Shown here one piece after another: positions 1-8,300 of a stretch of 53,158 bases of DNA. This DNA comes from a virus. Taxonomy: Duplodnaviria; Caudoviricetes. The position numbers and the translations under genes were made by a program. Every line of letters starts with the position of its first letter. The first letter of the stretch is position 1. The notes beneath the pieces were generated by a model. That model ran no database searches, was not told the DNA's origin, and saw nothing but the letters and a program-made list of their open reading frames with translations. The DNA lies in IMG/VR virus record IMGVR_UViG_3300020183_000104, positions 1-53,158 of that record; one strand, written 5' to 3'.

Positions 1-1
1 C

Positions 2-94
2 CAAGGTGCGCATCCACTTTGGTTGAAACTCAAAGCGCAAGTCGAACCTGAGGTACAAAAGAATGGAAATGGAAGTCAAACAAGCGCAGCTTGA
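2..94 (+). CDS. 3' end of a small phage protein, truncated by the window start
   Basis: Open frame QGAHPLWLKLKAQVEPEVQKNGNGSQTSAA* overlapping the next ORF. Confidence 0.4.
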   Translation, partial: QGAHPLWLKLKAQVEPEVQKNGNGSQTSAA

Positions 95-275
95 GGGCGA
101 CCTGAAGGCTCATGAGCGCGAGTGCGCGATGCGTTATGCGGGAATCGAAAAGTCTTTTGAGTCTGGCAGCAGGCGCATGACGCGCATTGAGTACCTGCTG
201 TACGCGACGATCATTGCCGTCCTCTTCGGCCCAGGCGTGGCCGCAACCTTCGTTAAGAAGTTCTTCGGCCTATAG
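63..275 (+). CDS. small membrane protein of the lysis cassette (coiled coil plus C-terminal TM helix)
   Basis: 70 aa; AHERECAMRY coiled segment then hydrophobic LLYATIIAVLFGPGVAATFV; lies upstream of holin and endolysin. Confidence 0.6.
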   Translation: MEMEVKQAQLEGDLKAHERECAMRYAGIEKSFESGSRRMTRIEYLLYATIIAVLFGPGVAATFVKKFFGL

Positions 276-276
276 T

Positions 277-762
277 ATGTTTGATCTCCTTGGCGGCGGA
301 TTACTTGGCTCAATCTTTGGGGGCTTATTCAGGCTTGCACCGGAAGTCTTGAAGTTCTTGGACAAAAAGAATGAGCGCAAACACGAACTCAGTATGTTTC
401 AGCTACAGACCGACCTGGAGAAAATGCGTGGTGAGTTTAAAATGGAGGAGAAGTATGTTGATTACTCCATTTCGCAGATGGATACGATTAAAGAGGCATT
501 TAAGGAACAGGCTGTCACTGCTAAGGAGGCTGGGTGGCTTGCGTCTTTTATCACTGCTGTTACCCGTCCGGGCCTTACTTGGATTGCTTTTGGCGTTTAC
601 GTGGCTGTTAAAGCAGCCGGTCTAACAATTGCTTTCCAGACCGACGCTAACTGGGCTGAGGTACTGACCAAGAGTTATGACGAGGACGATTTCGCCATGC
701 TTAACATGATGCTCACTTTTTGGTTCGTAGGTCGCAGCATTGAGAAGTACAACAAGTCATGA
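277..762 (+). CDS. putative holin (multi-TM)
   Basis: Likely start ATG 277 (MFDLLGGGLLGSIFGG); hydrophobic segments, VTRPGLTW motif and C-terminal FWFVGRSIEK typical of 3TM holin-like proteins; overlaps the endolysin start. Confidence 0.65.
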   Translation: MFDLLGGGLLGSIFGGLFRLAPEVLKFLDKKNERKHELSMFQLQTDLEKMRGEFKMEEKYVDYSISQMDTIKEAFKEQAVTAKEAGWLASFITAVTRPGLTWIAFGVYVAVKAAGLTIAFQTDANWAEVLTKSYDEDDFAMLNMMLTFWFVGRSIEKYNKS

Positions 763-1226
763 ACGAGGCTAAGAAGCTTTGCAAAGATGTTTTCATCAAG
801 CCGTTTGAGGGGTTAGCAAAGCGTTTGCCTGACGGACGAGTCCAAGCCTACCCAGACCCCGGCACACGAGGACATCCTTGGACAATCGGCTGGGGTGCTA
901 CCGGACCGAGTATCAACCCCGGAACAATCTGGACGATACAGCAGTGCGAAGAGGCGCTGGACCATCACATAGAGTACTTTGTACAGGGCGTAACCAAGCT
1001 CTCACCCAAGATTCAGACTGCGCTACCTCGACGCATTGCCGCAGTGACAAGTTGGGTCTATAATTGTGGTTTAGGAAACTATCGGGTTTCCACGTTTAAG
1101 AAACGCGTTGATGCGGGGGATTGGGATGGTGCCGCTGAAGAGTGCATGAAATGGAACAAAGCTGCGGGAAGGGTTCTTCCCGGGCTTACGCGTAGGAGGG
1201 CAGCAGAAGCTGCATTCATGAGGTGA
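759..1226 (+). CDS. endolysin, GH24 phage lysozyme
   Basis: FEG...AYPDPGT...WTIGWGAT catalytic region, SWVYNCGLG, and C-terminal GRVLPGLTRRRAAEA. Confidence 0.92.
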   Translation: MNEAKKLCKDVFIKPFEGLAKRLPDGRVQAYPDPGTRGHPWTIGWGATGPSINPGTIWTIQQCEEALDHHIEYFVQGVTKLSPKIQTALPRRIAAVTSWVYNCGLGNYRVSTFKKRVDAGDWDGAAEECMKWNKAAGRVLPGLTRRRAAEAAFMR

Positions 1227-1230
1227 AATC

Positions 1231-1860
1231 ATGGCAGTAACGATGACTTACACTAGCCTCGCTGCAGACGTTCAATCCTACTTGGAACGCACAGATACAG
1301 CCACTGTTGATAAAATCCCGACGTTCATCATGCTGGCCGAACAGATCCTGGCGGCAGAGATTAAATTTCTTGGCAACCTTACGGTAGATACCTCAACCCT
1401 CACTGCAAGTGACCCGGTGGTGGCTAAGCCCGCGCGGTGGCGAAAAACGGTTTCGATAAATGTGACTGTTGCAGGTGAACGTAGACCGGTGCTTGAACGT
1501 CGCTACGAGTACATACGGAACTATTGGCCCGACCCCACTGAGACCGGCGTGCCGCTCTATTATGCGGATTATGACTACACGCATTGGTTTCTGGGACCCA
1601 CTCCGGCTGCAGCCTACGCTTTTGAGGTGCTCTATTATGAGCGCCCAGTGCCGCTGGACTCCGCGAATCAAACAAACTGGTTCACCGAGTACGCGCCCCA
1701 GGCTATGCTCTACGGGTCACTCCTGCAAGCGATGCCATTTCTGAAGAATGACCCCCGGATCCCGATTTGGCAGTCGATGTACGATAAATACGTCGCTGAA
1801 CTCAGGACCGAAGACAAGCTTCGCATCGCCGATCGTCAAGCCGTAGCCGTGGACACATGA
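1231..1860 (+). CDS. head-tail adaptor / tail tubular protein
   Basis: 209 aa; MTYTSL...YLER, P.YYA, LGPTP, NWFTEYAPQAMLYGSL pattern of podophage adaptor proteins; structural context. Confidence 0.6.
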   Translation: MAVTMTYTSLAADVQSYLERTDTATVDKIPTFIMLAEQILAAEIKFLGNLTVDTSTLTASDPVVAKPARWRKTVSINVTVAGERRPVLERRYEYIRNYWPDPTETGVPLYYADYDYTHWFLGPTPAAAYAFEVLYYERPVPLDSANQTNWFTEYAPQAMLYGSLLQAMPFLKNDPRIPIWQSMYDKYVAELRTEDKLRIADRQAVAVDT

Positions 1861-1861
1861 T

Positions 1862-3058
1862 ATGCCTACTTATGTCTCTCCTTTTACCGGCGACATCGTC
1901 CAGCCTACTGATGTAAGCTATCGATCGTTCACTCTTTCGGCAAATACCACGCTCGAATGGCCCCTGGCCAATAGTAATACCGGTACTTATGCCTCGAGGA
2001 TTATGGAAGTACTGCCGACCACGGCGGGGCTCACCCTCCGGATGCCTGCCGCCAACGCCACGTCGAACGGCACGGACTCGCTGATACGGAATCTAGGCGC
2101 TAGTGCTTTTACAGTTGCCGATAATGCTGGGAATACGATAGTTTCCATCGCCGCTGGACAGGCGCAGTACATCTACGTCACCACGAATTCTACGGCTGCA
2201 GGTACTTGGGGAGTTATCGCGTTTGGAATCGGATCTTCGGGGGCTGACGCGGCAGCACTGGCAGGTAAAGGGCTCCTAGCGATTACGACCACGTTAAATC
2301 AAAGCCACCCAGTGCTTGCAGCTTCATCGGGTGGTACGTTCGCTACCACCGATCGCGCACAAACGCGACTCTGGTCAGGTGGTGCAGGGAGTTACACGTT
2401 ACCTGCCGCATCGACGTTGGGCGATAACTGGTTCGCGTTGTTTAAAAACAACGGTACTGGCGCGTTCACGGTCTCGACTACTGGTGCTGAATTAATTGAT
2501 GGGACATCCGCCAAGGTCTTCAACCCCGGGGAATCGTCTTTCATCGTCTGTACTGGCAGTGATTATATTACGGTCGGTTATGGGGTGAATGCGAATTTTG
2601 CTTTCACAGCTTTAGTGAAATCCGTCGCTCCTGGTGGCACGACGACGTTGAATTCTAGCGAAGCGACTAACAACATCCAAACCTTCACTGGCGCACTCAC
2701 AAGCAACGCAACAGTGATTTACCCCCCGGTCGTGAATCTTTACGTAGTTAACAATCAGACTTCGGGTTCATTCACGCTGACTCTCAGCACTGGCCTGGGC
2801 GCAACGACTGTGGTGGCGCAAGGTACCAGAGCCACGGTAATTTGCGACGGCACGAATTTTTTCACCGCGAGTTCGGTTTCGGTGACTTCGGCAACGGTGA
2901 CTCTATTGGACGGCACTGTCACCACACCATCGTTGTCCTTCGCTTCCGAAACCGGTACCGGGCTTTGGCGTCCCGCAGCGGGTCAATTAGCATTCGCAGT
3001 GACTGGGGTAAATAAGTTCCTTTTGACGTCCGAGGGCCTAGCCGGGGGTGCGTTTTAA
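1862..3058 (+). CDS. tail structural protein (fibre/spike-like)
   Basis: 398 aa, Thr/Gly/Ala-rich beta-type sequence; ends GLAGGAF. Confidence 0.55.
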   Translation: MPTYVSPFTGDIVQPTDVSYRSFTLSANTTLEWPLANSNTGTYASRIMEVLPTTAGLTLRMPAANATSNGTDSLIRNLGASAFTVADNAGNTIVSIAAGQAQYIYVTTNSTAAGTWGVIAFGIGSSGADAAALAGKGLLAITTTLNQSHPVLAASSGGTFATTDRAQTRLWSGGAGSYTLPAASTLGDNWFALFKNNGTGAFTVSTTGAELIDGTSAKVFNPGESSFIVCTGSDYITVGYGVNANFAFTALVKSVAPGGTTTLNSSEATNNIQTFTGALTSNATVIYPPVVNLYVVNNQTSGSFTLTLSTGLGATTVVAQGTRATVICDGTNFFTASSVSVTSATVTLLDGTVTTPSLSFASETGTGLWRPAAGQLAFAVTGVNKFLLTSEGLAGGAF

Positions 3059-5061
3059 TGACTTCTAAAGTCTTCGCTCTAGACACGAAGCCAGGAATCC
3101 AAAGGGATGGTACGCTTTTTGACAAGCTGTACTACACGGACGGTCGCTGGGTACGGTTCCAACGTGGAAGACCCAGAAAGATCGGCGGGTATTCGAAGAT
3201 CACCAGTTCTATTCGTGGACCAGTGCGAGGAATGTTCGTGAACCCCCAAGGGGTGTTGAACAATGTGTTCACTGGCTACTCGGGTGGTCTCCAGAAGACT
3301 CCTGTAAATAACAGTGGTGTTGGCTCCGGAGTGTCAAACATGACACTTACCGATTTCACGGCCAACGCGAATAATCTTTGGCAATTCGACTCCTTCACGG
3401 ACACACTGGGGTCTGGTCTTACTTACCTTCTTGCACATCCTGGACAGAATCTCGCGGATCTTAACAGCTCAGCTAACACCCCGGTGCTGGCCGGTGACAT
3501 TACGGGGTCCGCACTTGGGAAGATCGGAACGTTTACCGATTCGGTCACTCTTACCACTGGCTCTAACACGGGCACAATAGCAACGGCTAACCCATTAATC
3601 GGCGAAGGTCAAACCGTCTCACCGTCTACGAATTTCGCGGCCGGGACTACAGTAGTTAGCATTGTAAGTACTACGGTGACATTTTCGACCAACGCTTTGA
3701 CCACTGGCGCAGCGACCCTTACGTTCGACAATAACGTCAGCGTCTCGGGTGGCGTGGTGGTCCTGCACCCCTATGTGTTCGTCTACGGTAATAATGGATT
3801 AATACGCAATTGTTCAAGTGCTAATTTCCAGGACTGGGTCACCGCTGACGCAAACGAGGTGAACGTTGCCACTGGTAAAATTGTTCAAGGACTACCGGTT
3901 CGAGGCGGTTCAAATTCACCCTCGGGACTTTTTTGGTCGCTGGATTCTTTGGTTCGTGTCAGTCTTGCTCCGACTACGATTACCGCAGGCGCGACGACGA
4001 TCACTCAATACTGGCGCTCCGATATCATTTCGACCCAGTCTTCGATCATGTCTTCGCAATGCGTCATAGAATACGACGGTATTTACTATTGGTGCGGCGT
4101 CGATCGATTCCTATTATATAATGGAGTCGTAAAGGAAATTCCGAATTCGTTTAATCAGAACTACTTCTTCGATAATCTTAATTACACCTATCGTGAAAAA
4201 GTCTGGGTTACCAAGGTTCCCCGTTTCGGTGAGGTCTGGTGGTTCTTTCCGAATGGATCCTCCGAGTCTGAATGCAATGATGCGGTGATCTACAATATTC
4301 GCGAAAACTGCTGGTACGATGTCGGTACAGCGGTCGGAGCACGTAGATCCACCGGATATTTCTCGCAAGTCTTCGCACGACCGATCGAAGCTGGGAATGA
4401 AATCGCATCTGCGAACGGTATCGAGAGCCTCACAATCACTAATTCTGGCGCTGGATACACTAATGGAACTTACAATAATCGAGCCTTGACGGGCGGCACC
4501 GGAACTGGCGCTACCGCGAACATTATCGTCGCTGGTGGTATTATCACTTCAGCTATCATCTACAACCCGGGACAAGGTTACACGGTCGGGGACGTACTGT
4601 CTGCTTCTATCCCCGCCGGTGCTGGACTCTTGCTTACCGTCGCCACAATCGGAAATTACGTTACCATGTGGCAACACGAATACGGGACCGACGCCGTTGA
4701 TGGCGCTTCGGTGCTTGCGATCGAATCTTATTTCGAGACCAACGACCTTGGGTGGGTCTCAGGTGGACCCTCAGAACCGACAGCCACCGGCCAAAACAAT
4801 TGGTTGCACTTGGAGCGGGTAGAACCCGATTTTATCCTCTCTGGTGAGATGGATATGTACGTTAAAGGCAGGTCTTACGCGCAGGGGACTGACGATACTA
4901 CGGGACCGTACACTTTTGATTCTTCGACCACTAAGATCGATCTTCGTGAGCAACGTCGAGAGTTACGGCTGCAGTTCGTATCAAACGTTGCTGGTGGTAA
5001 TTACCAGCTGGGAAAATTACTGCTAAGCGCGGATCTAGGCGATGTTCGAGGTTATTCATAA
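3058..5061 (+). CDS. tail nozzle / DNA-stabilisation protein (P22 gp10-like)
   Basis: 667 aa; PGIQRDGT..WVRFQRGRPRKIGG N-terminus and beta-propeller-like repeats (YYWCG..FLLYNG, FGEVWWFFP); lies before the ejection proteins. Confidence 0.6.
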   Translation: MTSKVFALDTKPGIQRDGTLFDKLYYTDGRWVRFQRGRPRKIGGYSKITSSIRGPVRGMFVNPQGVLNNVFTGYSGGLQKTPVNNSGVGSGVSNMTLTDFTANANNLWQFDSFTDTLGSGLTYLLAHPGQNLADLNSSANTPVLAGDITGSALGKIGTFTDSVTLTTGSNTGTIATANPLIGEGQTVSPSTNFAAGTTVVSIVSTTVTFSTNALTTGAATLTFDNNVSVSGGVVVLHPYVFVYGNNGLIRNCSSANFQDWVTADANEVNVATGKIVQGLPVRGGSNSPSGLFWSLDSLVRVSLAPTTITAGATTITQYWRSDIISTQSSIMSSQCVIEYDGIYYWCGVDRFLLYNGVVKEIPNSFNQNYFFDNLNYTYREKVWVTKVPRFGEVWWFFPNGSSESECNDAVIYNIRENCWYDVGTAVGARRSTGYFSQVFARPIEAGNEIASANGIESLTITNSGAGYTNGTYNNRALTGGTGTGATANIIVAGGIITSAIIYNPGQGYTVGDVLSASIPAGAGLLLTVATIGNYVTMWQHEYGTDAVDGASVLAIESYFETNDLGWVSGGPSEPTATGQNNWLHLERVEPDFILSGEMDMYVKGRSYAQGTDDTTGPYTFDSSTTKIDLREQRRELRLQFVSNVAGGNYQLGKLLLSADLGDVRGYS

Positions 5062-5303
5062 TGGCGCTAGTCTACGATCCTCGTTACCATACCTGGGATT
5101 CTTGGGCTTCGCTCATGGTCGAGGCTTATGGTGCGCAGCAGCTCGAGATTCCAGAAAGTGAAGACAATTGGAAATCTTGGGCCGCAGGATTCGCTGGGAT
5201 CGATTTGTTCGTCAAAGACGCGGTACCTAGTCCCTATGTGTTTGAGAATTGGGATGACTGGGCTACGGAATTAGTTAACGTTGTAAGCACGGCGGTGAAA
5301 TAA
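5061..5303 (+). CDS. hypothetical Trp-rich virion-associated protein
   Basis: 80 aa ORF translationally coupled (TAATG) to the upstream gene. Confidence 0.6.
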   Translation: MALVYDPRYHTWDSWASLMVEAYGAQQLEIPESEDNWKSWAAGFAGIDLFVKDAVPSPYVFENWDDWATELVNVVSTAVK

Positions 5304-5328
5304 TAGGCGCCATGAACGGAAGGTAAAG

Positions 5329-8300
5329 ATGAGTCCGCTCAAAAAATACGCTGAAGAGGTACGTAAAGCCGGACGCTACGGCGATACCATACTTGCGCAC
5401 ATTACTCCGCGCGAAGCAAGTATTTTGCAGCTTCTTGGCGGTTCAGGAAACGAGAATCCACAGACAGGATTGCCAGAATTTGTAACTGATGTGGATATTA
5501 AAGCGTATATAGACGCAGTGCTGGCAGGGGGTGGTTCGGACGCCGAGAAAGCAGCAACAATTAATGCAGCAGCAGAACAATATGGGGTCAGTAATGCGCG
5601 AATTTCGCAGGCGACGGGGTACAGCCAAGACGTAGTCGATGCATATCTTGCACTTCCACCTCCACCTCCACCTCCACCTCCACCTCCACCTCCACCTCCA
5701 CCTCCACCTCCACCTCCACCTCCACCTCCATCCCCTCTAGCATATACATATGACGATTATTATGGGGCTGTCTATACTCCCCCTTCTCCTTCACCTACTT
5801 ATACAGAAGAACTTAAACAAATCTACAATGATCTTGTAGGGCAAGGTAAAAGTCATGCAGAAATTCAAGAAATAGCAGATCAACACGGCGTAGGCAATAT
5901 TGATGCTTACCGTCCTTCAACACCACCTCCACTTCTATCAACAACAGGAGTATCTCAGACGACTTCTTCAGAAAATCCTTCATCTCCGAATGATCTTTCT
6001 ACTCCGGCTGTAAGTTTAACAGAAATTAAAGACACTTTTACAAGAGCGATAAAAAATCCTACGCAACAATATTCTGAAGGTCCTGAATTGGGTTTAGTTG
6101 GTCAAGATTTTGATATTGGTACGGTAGTTAGAGATTATGGATTAGATTCGGTTTTACAAGCAGTGAAAGGAAATTCAACGCTTGAAACTTTGGCAAAGGC
6201 GGCCTTAGGCGATGAAAAAGTAAACACCCCATTAGGGAATCTTTGGGCAAGAGATGCAAGGGCAATATTTAGTAATTTTGAAAAAGCCGGAATCAGCAAT
6301 ATTGAAAACATTCCTATCAACGAAAGAGTAGAGAATGTTGCAACTTTGCAATCGGGCCGTTCAACGTGGGGCTTTGATCTTGTTCCGCAAGAAAATGGCG
6401 GGCTTTCTGTTGAAAGCAGCGTTATTTACAAGGCGCCTTGGTATTCAGATTATGCGCCTATTTTGGCGATTGCATCAATTTTCCCTTCCCCAGTACAACC
6501 ATTTGCCATAGCAGCAAATGCTGCGATTGCAATAAAAGAAGGTGAACCGCTCCAAGCTATCGCTGCGCTTGCCCCACTGGCAGGGCTAGACACGGTAGCC
6601 ACCGTTGCTCGAGTCGCAGATGCTGTAGAGAAAGGAGATGCGCTTCAAGCTGCTGTGACACTTGCGGGTAGTAAAGTAGGTGCAGACATCGGGAATATAG
6701 AAATTTTTGATGGTGTAAATGTAAAGCAAGTGCTCCAAACGGTAAATACCGTCGATTTATTAAGCGAAGGGAAGACAGGTGCAGCATTAGTATCCGCTGG
6801 TAATGCGATGGGAAATCAAGAAATTGTTGCAGCGGGACAAACAATTCTTTTTGCAGATGCTTTAGAGTCCGGAAACCCTGCAGCTATGGTAAATGCTGCT
6901 GTGAATTTAGGAAATACGGTTCATCGAGCAGCAGGAACAGGTAATGCCCCAATTGATCGCAGTCTTGACACTCCATATACTGGCGACACGTACCAAGATA
7001 TTTTGCGTACGGCAGATGCAGCAAATATAGCCGACATTGATTCTCAACTTGGGTTCCAAATCGGTGACAGCGGTTACTCACGGGTCGCTGCGCTCTCGAC
7101 TGCCGATAAAGAAAGTCTAGACGTCAAGCAGGATTTAGGTGCTTTGGCCTTTGCTGCTGCTAAAGCCGCAGGAGCGGATGACCAGACCGCATTCGATGTG
7201 TCCAAAGCCGCGACTGTGGGTATTGTAGCGCCTAGAACGAGTATAACTTCGCTCGACACGACCTTCGATCCTGATCTCGTGGAGCTCACCGCAAAAGAAG
7301 CGGCGCAAATGGATGCCGGAGAAGCCATAGGTACTGGCGCACTAAATTCTTTAACAGCAAGTAACAATCCAACTGAAGATGAGCAGATTAGTCTTGCGCA
7401 AACGAATCAAGCGGTTGGCAGCTTGCTTAGAGACTTTTCAGCCATTGGCTCTACAATTGAGCCAACCGATCTTGCAGACAGTTTAAGACTACTTAAAGAC
7501 CCTTCTGGAAAACCTTTGCCCGAGTCGGAAGTTACAAGACTTGTTAGTACAGCAACCATGAATCGGACAGGCGTCGATATCATGATGCAGTATTCAAAGG
7601 TTAACCCAGAGTCCGGTATTGCACAGCTAGAGCGCAACACTGCCTTGGCGCAAATGGTGGCGGCGGGATTTTCCTCGGAGCGAGCCAATAACCTGCTTAA
7701 TGGTATTGATGCACAAAAGGCAATCGGATTAGAGAACAATCGCAGCATTCAATCTGCATATAGCAATTTCACATCTGGAAAAGGCACGGAAGAGCAGTTA
7801 CGAAACGCAATGACATCGGCCGGTTACGCAGATGCAGAAATCAATAATGTAGTTATGCAAGGCAGAGCAATCATTGAAGGTGGCAAACTCACTCCTGGCG
7901 AACGGGTTCAAGAACGTGCCGCGAACTTACCTGACATTCGAGCAGAAATCGCAGGTAAATCCACATTTAATGATGCTTATAGACTAGCCCGAGAAAAATT
8001 AGGTGCTGGAGCAACTTTCACTTGGCAGGGCAGGAGTTATAGTACCGCAACGGCGCAAGAACGACCTGACTTAACAGGTAGAACGACAACAGCAGGGCCT
8101 TCTACAACCGTATCTGAAGCAAACACATCACAGCAAGATACAACACCAACTGCTCAATCAGGTACATCACAGCAAGATACAACACCAACTGCTCAATCAG
8201 GGCAGACTGTGAAGGTTGCTGGCCCTGGAGGAAGAACTTTTACGGTAAAGCTCCCGCTTTCTAAGCAGGAAATTGCTGACAGGAACGCGACCGGCATGTT

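Noticed and set aside
3038-3058. Shared C-terminal AGGAF of the 398-aa and 566-aa tail proteins as part of the GG cleavage motif
   Set aside because: It is terminal, lacks the aromatic/basic upstream pattern, and resembles the common GGxF ending of tail-fibre proteins
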